A stretch of 64,000 bases of DNA. Origin: an uncultured Gemmataceae bacterium. GTDB taxonomy: Bacteria > Planctomycetota > Planctomycetia > Gemmatales > Gemmataceae. Under the pieces are notes generated by a model, which saw only the letters and a list, made by a program, of their open reading frames with translations, had not been told where the DNA came from and did not search any database. The translations under genes were made by a program, and so were the position numbers. Numbering within the stretch: the stretch's first letter is position 1; the number at the start of each line of letters is the position of its first letter. Positions 29,637 to 38,872 of this stretch are shown here, piece after piece. The DNA is taken from NCBI GenBank assembly GCA_963750165.1, contig CAVVPN010000004.1:320001-384000 (forward strand), written 5' to 3'.

Positions 29637-31307
29637 CTACAGCGCCCGACCGAAGCACACAACGGTGATGTCATCATACTGCTTGCAGCCCAGTGCGTGC
29701 TGCTTGACGGCCTGCACCAGCCGGTCGCCGATGGCCTTCGGCGTGAACGGGCCTCCCGCGATGGCCCGGCGGGTGCCCTCCATGTGGAACTCGGCGTCCT
29801 GGCGGTTGCGGGCGTCGGTCACGCCATCGGTGAACTGGATCACGCAGTCGCCCGGTTGCAGCGGCACCGTCACCCCCTCATATGGCACATCCTCCTGGAT
29901 GCCCAGCGGCAGGCCCGACAGGTCGTGATTGAACGCCTCCTCGACCGCGCTGCGCGCGTGGCGGTACACCAGCGGCGGCAGGTGGCCGGCGTTGACGAAC
30001 GTCACCGCATGCGCCGCCGGGTCCAGCAGTCCCGCGGACAGCGTCACGAAGCGGTCGAGCAGCCCCGCCTCCTGCATCAGCAGGTTCAGTTTGCAGATCG
30101 CCCCGGCGGCGTCTGGCTCGGTGAGCAGGCTGAAGCGCGCGTCGGAGCTGACCTTGGCCATCAGCAGCGCCGCCGGCACGCCCTTGCCGGCCACGTCGCC
30201 GAGCATCACCCCCAGCCGGCCGTGCGGCAGCGGAATGAAGTCATAATAGTCGCCGCCCACCTCCAGCGCCGACTCGTAGTGGGCGAAGAACTCGTAACCG
30301 GCGATCTGCGGCAGCCGCCTGGGCAGGAAGCTCAACTGCACCTGCTGGGCCAGGCGCAGGTCGCGCTCCAGGCCGGCGCGGGCAACCATTTGCTCGTGCA
30401 GCCGGGCGTTCTCCACCGCGACGGCCGCCTGGCCGGCGACCCCCATCAGCAATCTCAGGTCGTCCTCCTTGAACTTCTTGTCGCGCGCCTGCGTGTCCAC
30501 CTGGATGACGCCGAACGCCTTGCCGGTGCTGCGCATCATCAGCGGGGCGCACATGACCGAGCGGATGCGGCAGTCGGCGATGCTCTGGCTGAGGTCGAAG
30601 CGCTTGTCGGCGCTGGCGTCCTCGCTGAGGATGGCCTGGCCCTTGGCCAGACATTCGCGGACGATGCTCTTGCTGAAGCGAGCGCTGCTCTCGTCAGCGG
30701 CCCGCCGGGTCTTGATGACCTTGGGCACCAGCGCCAGGCGGTCGCCTTCGGCCTCGTCGAAGATGACGAAGCCGCGGTCGGCCTGGCGGAAGACGCCGAA
30801 CAGGCTGTCCACGATCTTGGGCAGCAGCTGGTCCTGGTTGAACGTCGTGGTCAGCTCGGTGGCGATGCCAAGCAGGATGGCCAACTTCTCGGCCGGCTGT
30901 GTCTCCAGGATTTGCTTGCTGCTGTGGCTGGCGAGCGTCGCCTCAACGGTGCTGGAGCTTTCCTCCTCCTCGGTCTCGGAGCCCCGCCTGCCCTTGCTGA
31001 GGTCCGCGGGCAGCGGCGGCTTGTCGAAGAAGGCGAAGATGTTGTCGCAGATTTTGATCTGGTCGTTGTGCTTGAGAGGCGTGCTCTTCTTGACATCCTG
31101 GTTGTTGAGCTGGGTGCCGTTGCGGCTGTTGTTGTCCTCGATAAAGTACTTGCCATGCACGCAGCGGATGACGGCGTGTTCCCGGCTGACGGCGGGCAAG
31201 TTGATGACGATCTGGCACTCGGCATTGCGGCCCAAAATGATCCTGTCCCCACGTAGGGGGAATTCGGCGTCCTGGTTGGCGCCCTTGATTACTTTGAGGG
31301 AGGCCAT
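29637..31307 (-). CDS. FHA-GAF-SpoIIE/PP2C phosphatase (start could be as far upstream as 31343)
   Basis: GR...VSREHA...SRNGT FHA; IRSVMCAPL GAF; VGGDYYD, DVAGKG, NAGH, TDGV, DDIT. Confidence 0.92.
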   Translation of the reverse strand: MASLKVIKGANQDAEFPLRGDRIILGRNAECQIVINLPAVSREHAVIRCVHGKYFIEDNNSRNGTQLNNQDVKKSTPLKHNDQIKICDNIFAFFDKPPLPADLSKGRRGSETEEEESSSTVEATLASHSSKQILETQPAEKLAILLGIATELTTTFNQDQLLPKIVDSLFGVFRQADRGFVIFDEAEGDRLALVPKVIKTRRAADESSARFSKSIVRECLAKGQAILSEDASADKRFDLSQSIADCRIRSVMCAPLMMRSTGKAFGVIQVDTQARDKKFKEDDLRLLMGVAGQAAVAVENARLHEQMVARAGLERDLRLAQQVQLSFLPRRLPQIAGYEFFAHYESALEVGGDYYDFIPLPHGRLGVMLGDVAGKGVPAALLMAKVSSDARFSLLTEPDAAGAICKLNLLMQEAGLLDRFVTLSAGLLDPAAHAVTFVNAGHLPPLVYRHARSAVEEAFNHDLSGLPLGIQEDVPYEGVTVPLQPGDCVIQFTDGVTDARNRQDAEFHMEGTRRAIAGGPFTPKAIGDRLVQAVKQHALGCKQYDDITVVCFGRAL

Positions 31308-31535
31308 CACGGGCATCTCCAGCGAGGTCGGCACAGGGATCACAACCGTAGGCTCCCTGCGAGGGGGAGAATTAGGAGATTGTACCGCGGCGGCGGCGGC
31401 GATTCAAGAATGGCGCCGGTTCTCGATGCTGCCGTTCTGCCGCAGCCGGGATTGCCAGGGCTGTTACCCGGTTGGGGTTGGAGAAACGGCGTGGAGTAGG
31501 TATGTCTTATCCGGGCTGAACCAGAGGAGGTTGCC

Positions 31536-32318
31536 ATGACCGAACAGGAATGGCTGTCCTGTACCGAGCCTGATGACCTGCTGGAGTTCTTGCGCGACCG
31601 TGCGACTGACCGGCAATTCCGGTTGTTCGTGTGTGCCTGCTGCCGCCGTTTTTTGCCGCTGCTGCCGAAAAAGCCAGCGCATGACCGGCGGCTCTGCGAA
31701 AAGGCCATCGATTACGGGGAGCGCTTTGCCGACGGAGCCGTTACTCGTAAAGAACTGATCGCGGCCTTCGATGAACAGGACTGGGCGAACGTCAGTCACG
31801 ACGGCTACCTGGCCGCCACGGCGGCTCGGACGGCGGTTTATACCGAAATCGCGGGCAGCACCCGACCCATGCTGCGAGGCCGTAACCTGATCGCTCATCC
31901 CGCCTCCGAGGCCGCGGAATACTCCCGCACCGTCGTCGGTCGGTTGCTGGCGCAGAGCCCGAGTGCAAAAGGCAGCACGCCCACTTCCAGAAAACGCCTG
32001 GCCACCATTACCGAGAAGCGCTATCAGGTGGCGGTGCTGCGCGACCTGTTCGGCAATCCGTTTCACGCCGTTCCCCCCGCGGAAGACAGGAAAGCGTGGG
32101 CCCGCAAGCAGCGACAGTGGCTGGCCTGGAACGAGGGCTGTGTCCCGAAGCTGGCACGCACCATCTACGACGAGCGCTGCATTGAGCGCCTGCCCATCCT
32201 CGCGGACGCCCTGGAAGAAGCGGGCTGTTCGCAGCCCGAACTCCTCGCGCACTGTCGCGGTCCCGGGCCGCATGGTCGTGGCTGTTGGGTGGTGGATCTC
32301 CTTTTGGGGATGGCGTAA
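31536..32318 (+). CDS. Gemmataceae-type conserved hypothetical protein
   Basis: MTEQEWL.C..P, RLFVCACCR, LRDLFGNPF, LPILADALEEAGC, HCRGPGPH.RGCWVVDLLLG. Confidence 0.85.
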   Translation: MTEQEWLSCTEPDDLLEFLRDRATDRQFRLFVCACCRRFLPLLPKKPAHDRRLCEKAIDYGERFADGAVTRKELIAAFDEQDWANVSHDGYLAATAARTAVYTEIAGSTRPMLRGRNLIAHPASEAAEYSRTVVGRLLAQSPSAKGSTPTSRKRLATITEKRYQVAVLRDLFGNPFHAVPPAEDRKAWARKQRQWLAWNEGCVPKLARTIYDERCIERLPILADALEEAGCSQPELLAHCRGPGPHGRGCWVVDLLLGMA

Positions 32319-32566
32319 CGGTCATCCGACCGCCTGGGAATTGTACGAGCGTCGCGGGCATTGGGGTTGTGGGTAGGGAGCGGGCGCGGCCCCTGGGGCT
32401 GGCAGGGGTGTCGGTGAAATGAGATGAAACGCAAGCCCTCCCTGGCACTATCTTCATTGTACCGCCCAGCCCGCTCCCAGGGAACCGCCCCACCATCACG
32501 GACGACTGGTCTGGACAATCCCTCACCTGGGCGGTATGTCCTCTGCCGCCAGAAAAGGAGGGGCTC

Positions 32567-35500
32567 GTGTCCACGAACCGTCCGTCGGCGTTCGCTCGCG
32601 CCGTCTCCCGGTGCCGCTTCGTGCTGGCTCTGCTCGCCGCCCTGCTGCCGGCCGCCACCCACGCCCACGAAGTCCCCGATTATTTGCCGCGTTATGACCT
32701 CGACATCAAGCTCGACTTGGCCGGCCACCTGGTCACCGTCACCGAGCGCGTGCAGTGGACCAATCCGCACCGCCTGCCCACCGACAAGCTCATCTTCAAC
32801 GTCTCCTCCAACTACACGGTGGACCTTGACCAGATCGGCCTGCTTGCCAAGACGCTCGAAATCCTCCGCCTCGCCCCCAGCGACGCCCTTGACTTCGGGC
32901 CGCCGCCGTTCCAGCTACAGAAGGCTACCCTCGCCGGCGGCTCGGCCCTGAAGCACCAGTTTCAGGCTGACAACAAGACCGCCCTGGAACTCCAGCTGCC
33001 CCACCCGGTCAACGCCGGCGACAGCGTCACGGTGGAGTTGCAGTTCACCGTGCGGTTGCCGCAAAAGCAGGGCCGCTGGGGTCAGTGGAACGGCATCACC
33101 TTCCTGGCGCAGTGGCTGCCGGTGGTCGCCTTCTACAACGACCAGGGCTGGCAACCGGCCCCGTTCATCCCCTGGCACCAGCCGTTCTTCAACGAGGCCG
33201 GCGTCTACACCGGCACCATCACACTGCCCGAAGGGCAGATCCTCGGCTCCACCAGTTTCTTCATGGAGGAGTGGAAGCAATCCGATGATCCAACTACCGG
33301 CATCCCCACCTACCCCCAGCGTCGGGTGCGCATCGCCCCGGTCGTGGCCCGCGATTTTTCGCTGTTCTGCTGCGACCGCTACCAGGAATACATCGGCTAC
33401 GCTGGCGACACGCGCGTCCGCGTGCTGACGCTGCCGGAACACGAGTTCTACGGCAAGGAAATGGTGCGCATCGCCTGCGAGGCCATCCCGATCTACGAAG
33501 ACTGGTTCGGCCCCTATCCGTACCCGCAACTGACCATCGTGGAAGCGCCGTTCGGCTGGAACGGCAACGAGTGCGGCGGCATCATCATGATCGACTCGCG
33601 CGTCTGCGGCTTCCCGTCGCTGGCGAAGCACTTCGTCGATAGCCTGTTGTCGCACGAGATTTGCCATCAGTGGTGGTACAACGTGGTCGGCACCAACGGC
33701 TACGCCGAGACCTGGATGGACGAGGGCCTGGCGGCCTACTTCGGCACCAAGATCATGGACGTGAAGCATGGCCGCAACAACCCGCTGCTGAACTACCCCG
33801 ACGCGCTCCAGTGGCTGCCGCAGATCTACCGCGACGACTACCGGCACACCATGCTGTGGGGCGTGATCCGCCGCGGCGAGCTGAGCCCGGTGGTGCAGCC
33901 GATGCCGAAGTTCGGCCACCTCATCAACCTGACCTCGATGACCTATGACCGCGGCTCCAAGGTCGTCGCCATGCTGGAGCAGCGCCTCGGCGAGCAGGCG
34001 TTCCTCAAGTTCATGCAGGGCATCTACAAAAAATACTACTTCCGCATCCTGCGCGTCGCCGACTTCCAGCGCGAGCTGGAGGCGTTCTCGAAGGCGCCGT
34101 GGGACGATTTTTTTCGTCACTGGCTGTACGGCACCGACATGGTGGACTGGGCGGTGGAGAAGGTGGAGCTGGAGCCGCTGGGCAAGCCGCACCGTGGCGG
34201 CCCGCAGCCGGCCGGCGGCTTCGTCGAGGCGCTGAAGCGCTTGGCCCCTGCGCCCGCCAGCCGCACCGCGTCATCGTCCACGTCCGCCAGAAGGGCACCT
34301 GTAACGAGCCAACGGTCGTGGGCTTCCACCTCAACGACAGCGAGGATTGTCAGGTGCGAGTGCCGATCACCGTGACCCCGGGCCTGCAACTCAAGGACGA
34401 TCAGATGTGCGTCCTGGGCGGCCAGGACGGGGAGGTGCGCATCGAGATTTTGCTGCCGAGCCGGCCGACGCAGGTGACCATCGACCCGGACCAGATCTTG
34501 ATGGACGGCAACCCGTTCAACAACACCTGGCAGCCGCGGCTGCGCACGCGCGTGACGCCGATGTACACCATGCTCGACGAGTCGGACCTGTCCAACCGCT
34601 ACGAGCGCTACAACGTCATCATCGGCCCGTGGCTGTACGGCTCGGCGTACAACGACCCGTGGTACACGCGCTCGGCGCTGGTGGGGCTGCGCCGGTCTGT
34701 ACCAGACGCAGAACTTTTACACGGGCGTCTTCCTGGCCTACCGCACCGACGACCGCAACCTCGTCGCCGGCGCCGACGGCATGATCGACCACTGGCCGTT
34801 CGCGCACACGCAGGTCGGCTTCAACTTCGAGCGCAGCCTGACCAGCCTCGACAACACCTGGGGCCAGAACAGCCGCGGTGCGCTGTACTTCCGCTACGTG
34901 ATGATGTACGGGGACAGCATGTACCTGCCGCCGTTCCAGTACGTTGAGGGCTTCGTCGGCGCCCAGGACCGCATCGTCCTGCCGCCGCGCAATCCGGCGC
35001 CGGAACTGCAGAACTACGAGCGCCAGACTTTCACGGGCGTCCACTACCATCAATATTTGCTGACGCCGTACTGGGACCCGGAAGGCGGCTTCGCGCTGGA
35101 CACGTCGTACATCGCGGGCCTGCCGATCCTGGGGGCGCTGCGCGGGTACAACCAGTTGAACGGCCAGTTTTCGTTCGTCAAGACGATGCCGGACTGGCTG
35201 GGCTGGACACGGAACGTGCCGGGGCTGAGCTGGTTCATGGACACGCGGCTGGCGATGCGGGCGTACGGGGCGGGGGCGCTGCCGGATACCGCGCCGCTGT
35301 TCCCGCTGGGCGGCGGCAACCTGTTCCGCGGCTTCGACGTGCAGCAGCGGCAGGGCAACCTGACGTGGGTGGGCAGCGCCGAGTGGCGCGTGCCGTTGTG
35401 GAAGGGGGTCGATTACGACTTCTGCGACCACGTGGGCACGGTCAAGAACATTTACGGCGCCGCGTTCTACGACGTGGGCAACTCGTACCTGGGCGGCCAC

Positions 35501-35659
35501 GAACTGGGCTCGACGGCCCACGCCTTCGGCGGCGGTCTGCGGGTGGACCTGGCGTGGTTCGGGCTGATCGAGCGGACGATGCTGCGCCTCGACGTGGCCA
35601 AGACGATCAACGCCAACTCGCCGTGGCAGTTCTGGCTGGCGTTCCAGCACCCATTCTGA
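32567..35659 (+). CDS. M1-family zinc aminopeptidase fused to a C-terminal outer-membrane beta-barrel (BamA/TamA-like); apparent frameshifts near 34245 and 34690
   Basis: HEICH-x18-E, YDRG; C-terminal LGGGNLFRGF, AEWRVP, FYDVG, GGGLR, terminal F. Confidence 0.75.
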
Positions 35660-35873
35660 GGATTTCGTTCGGCCGCTTGCGGCTGAGCGGGTTCCCCTGT
35701 TTGCCGTCCCAATCCGGCCCCACGGCGGTCTGCGCCGCCGGCAACTGCTCGTCCCGCGGCGAGCAGGGGCAGCGCGTTGTTGACTATACTGGACATGGGG
35801 GCCTCCTGGGACGTTACGAATCGCTGCAACCGTCAAGTGAAGCCGCAAGCGGCGGACAGGAAGGAGATTGGCG

Positions 35874-36630
35874 ATGGGCGACGGCGACGCGCTTGCCATC
35901 ATGCTGGTCAACGTCAGCAAGCGCTTCGGCAACCGCCAGGTGCTGCGCGGCGTCAGCGCGCACATCCCCGCCGGCGCCACCGTGGCCCTGCTCGGCCCCA
36001 GTGGCGGCGGCAAATCCACCCTGTTGCGCTGTCTCAATGGGCTGACCGACTTCGATGACGGCGAAATCCGCGTCGGGCCGTACACCCTGAAGCCAGGCGC
36101 CCGCACCAACGCCGCGGTCATCCCGCAAGTGCGGCAGCAGTTCGGCATGGTGTTCCAGGATTTCCAGCTGTTCCCGCACCTGACCGCCCTGCAGAACGTC
36201 ATCGAAGCGCCGCTGCAGGTGCTGCGCTTGCCGCGCCGAGGCGGTCGAGCGCGGCCGACGGCTGTTGCAGCGCGTCGGTCTGGCGGAGCACGAACACGCC
36301 TGGCCGCAGCAGCTGTCCGGCGGCCAGAAGCAGCGCGTGGCCATCGCCCGCGCGTTGGCGATGCAACCGCGAGCGCTGCTGTGCGACGAGATCACCAGCG
36401 CCCTGGACCCGGAGCTGAAGCACGAGGTGCTCGGTGTGCTGGAAGACCTGAAGCGCGAGGGCCTGACGCTGGTAATGGTGACGCACGAGATCGGCTTCGC
36501 CCGCCGCGTCGCGGATCGCGTGCTGGTGCTGGCGGACGGCGCGATCATCGAGGAGGGGCCGGCGGCGCAGGTGATCGACGCGCCGCAAACTGCGCGGACG
36601 CAGGCGTTCATGGAGCGCGTGCTGGGCTGA
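35874..36630 (+). CDS. Polar amino-acid ABC transporter ATP-binding protein (GlnQ-like); apparent frameshift near 36235
   Basis: GPSGGGKST, GMVFQDFQLFPH, LSGGQKQR, DEITSALDPEL, VTHE. Confidence 0.9.
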
Positions 36631-36777
36631 ACTGCGCGGCCGGCACGCGGAGCGAAACTGCGGGCATTGTTCGAGCGGATTCGCTGGGAGACGGGCGCCA
36701 CCTGGGGTAGTTAGCGCGGATCGCGCACGGGGTGGGACGGCGGCCACGGCTTGACCACCAGCGGCCTGCATTGCCAC

Positions 36778-36950
36778 AGCAAGGGGGCCAAGGAGGCCAA
36801 GGGGGCCAACTTTTTCATACGTCGAGATGCGACGCCCTGGCACCGTGCGGCTGGCACGGCGCGACAACCAACGGCGACGGTTGCCACAGCAAGGACGCCA
36901 AGAACGCCAAGAACGCCAACTTTTTCACACGTCGAGATTTGGCGCCTGGC
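36778..36950 (-). repeat. Two tandem copies (4 and 5) of the dispersed element, 110-nt period
   Basis: Reverse complements of ...ATCTCGACGT(G/A)TGAAAAAGTTGGC-NNN-CTTGGC-NNN-CTTGGC-NNN-CTTGCT at 36778-36842 and 36888-36950. Confidence 0.9.
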
Positions 36951-37009
36951 AGCGCCGTGCTTCCGTTCGTGGTCCACGCGACTGCGAACCGCGCTAAACG
37001 CCACAGGCG

Positions 37010-38002
37010 CTAGCCGAAGAACACCTCGGACCTTGGCGACTGAACGCCTTCCTGAGTCCGCAGCAACCACTGGGCCTTCTGTCGCAAGTCGTCCAGGTCG
37101 GCGCCCAGGCTGACGAGCACCTGAACCGCGTCGCCCTCCGGCTCCAGCAGCAGGGCCAGCAGCAAGTGGCCCTCGTCCGCGAGGGTACGACTGGCGCGCC
37201 CGGCCTCCTCTCGAGCGCCGGCCAGCACGCGCATGACCGCTGGCGTCCAGGGAATGGACTCCGTCAGGCGGACACTGGCCGCGGCCAGCGCCAGCCGCTT
37301 GACCTCGAAGCGCAGCCGGTCACGGTCGATGCCGCAATGCTGGAGGAAGTGCGTGGCCAGGTTGGCGCCGGACTCGCTCAGGCCGTAGAGCAGCAAGGCC
37401 GTGCCGAGGTGGTCCTGATGCAATCGGTTTGCCTCCTGGTTCGCCAGTTCCAGGATCCGGTGGACCGTGTCGGTGAACAGCCCGGCCGTGGCGGCGGTGG
37501 GGATGGGCACGAGGGGCGCGGCCGGGGGATCGTCTGCGGCGGGAGGCAGGACCAGGGGCGGCCGCTTGCGGTGGGCATGCACGGCCTCCACGAACTCCGG
37601 GGCCACGTCTACCAGCGTCACGGTGGTCGCCGTGGACTCCGCCACCCGGACCGCCGTGAAGCCCAGCACCACGTAGACAATCAGGTTCAGCAGGACCAGG
37701 CACGCGAGCCCCATGATACACAGGGCATAGACGACGAGCCAATTGTCCGGAATTTGCATGATGGTGAGCCACGCGCCGAACAAAAACCCCGCCACCGTCG
37801 CTCCCAGGCAGCAGTAGACCACCGCCGTGCGCCAGCGCCAGTGATCGTCGTGGCGCTGGCACAGCGGCGCCCGGACGACGCCCAGTTTCCGGCCGAACAT
37901 CGCCACCGGGTACAGGGCCGCGGCCGGCGCGCCGCAGCAGACGCACACCATCGGCAGGTCGCCGCGCGTCACCTCGTCGCGATACAATTCCACCTCGGCC
38001 AT
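37010..38002 (-). CDS. Two-TM protein with an N-terminal Cys motif and a C-terminal Clp N-terminal (Clp-R) domain
   Basis: LPMVCVCCG...PLCQRH; two TM helices; FTDTVHRILELANQEANRLHQDHLGT..LLYGL and WTPAVMRVL..AREEA...HLLLALL. Confidence 0.75.
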   Translation of the reverse strand: MAEVELYRDEVTRGDLPMVCVCCGAPAAALYPVAMFGRKLGVVRAPLCQRHDDHWRWRTAVVYCCLGATVAGFLFGAWLTIMQIPDNWLVVYALCIMGLACLVLLNLIVYVVLGFTAVRVAESTATTVTLVDVAPEFVEAVHAHRKRPPLVLPPAADDPPAAPLVPIPTAATAGLFTDTVHRILELANQEANRLHQDHLGTALLLYGLSESGANLATHFLQHCGIDRDRLRFEVKRLALAAASVRLTESIPWTPAVMRVLAGAREEAGRASRTLADEGHLLLALLLEPEGDAVQVLVSLGADLDDLRQKAQWLLRTQEGVQSPRSEVFFG

Positions 38003-38065
38003 GACCGCCTTCCTCGCCTCTTCGATTCCAATCACCAGCGACTATCCGGCGCAACCACCAGGATC

Positions 38066-38770
38066 TTATCGAGACCGATGCCGGCTGTCCTCCAGTTCCA
38101 GATCGTCAAAAGCCACCTCGACGGAAATGCTCTGACCGTTGAACGCGATGACCACCGTGGCTCGCAGCTGACTGAGGTGCAGGGATTGAATCTCACCACG
38201 GGCCCCGGCGTAGGGGCCGGAGAAGAGGGTGACGCGCTGGCCTGGCCGGTAGCGAGGCGCCGGCGGAGCGGGCATTCCCAGCACCATCAGGGAATGCTGC
38301 GGATCACGCAACGGATCCAGGTGCAAATCGGCCGGGCGGCGCGTCAGCCGCGAATCAACAGCCACGCAATGGCCCCGGTCGGCGTGGCGCTGGGCCAGCT
38401 CCAGCGTGCCGCAGTAAAACACTTTCTTCTTGCAGGACTCGCACACGCGCGTGAAGGGGTCGGCAGTCTGTTTGAGTTGCTCCCATTGTTTGGGGCACTC
38501 GAAGGCAAAGGTGGAACAGCCTTCGACGGCCGTGTTATCGACGCGGGCCAACCAGGCGGGGTCCACGGTCGAGCGCAGCGCTCGCAGGCGTGCCAGGAGT
38601 CGCCGGACCTGCCGCCCCTTTGCCGGCAAGCGCGTGAGCTTGCTCTCGATGCGGAGCAGTTCGCCACGCGGGTCGCCACGCTCCTCCAGCCAGTCCGCGT
38701 AAACCTGGCGAAGATCGTCGTCATGCGGCTGCGCACACAATGCTTCCAGGAACGGAGTTTCTTCGTCCAC
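38066..38770 (-). CDS. TIGR02996 domain + Cys-rich domain + NusG-like KOW domain protein
   Basis: PHDDDLRQVYADWLEERGDPRGELLR; CPKQW...C..CKKKVFYC; PGQRVTLFSGPYAGARGEI...VEVAFDDLE. Confidence 0.8.
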   Translation of the reverse strand: MDEETPFLEALCAQPHDDDLRQVYADWLEERGDPRGELLRIESKLTRLPAKGRQVRRLLARLRALRSTVDPAWLARVDNTAVEGCSTFAFECPKQWEQLKQTADPFTRVCESCKKKVFYCGTLELAQRHADRGHCVAVDSRLTRRPADLHLDPLRDPQHSLMVLGMPAPPAPRYRPGQRVTLFSGPYAGARGEIQSLHLSQLRATVVIAFNGQSISVEVAFDDLELEDSRHRSR

Positions 38771-38872
38771 GGGTGTTTCCCCTGCAATGTTGGATGGGTT
38801 CGCCACCATCGGATAGGACGAGCACACCGGCGTCAGGGTTCGCCTGGAGAAGCGTTGGGGGCGCGGCAACGC

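Noticed and set aside
36711..37113. Short ORFs encoding AKNAK/LASLA peptides over the dispersed repeats
   Set aside because: They are translations of the 9-nt periodic non-coding repeat, with no consistent start or stop among copies.
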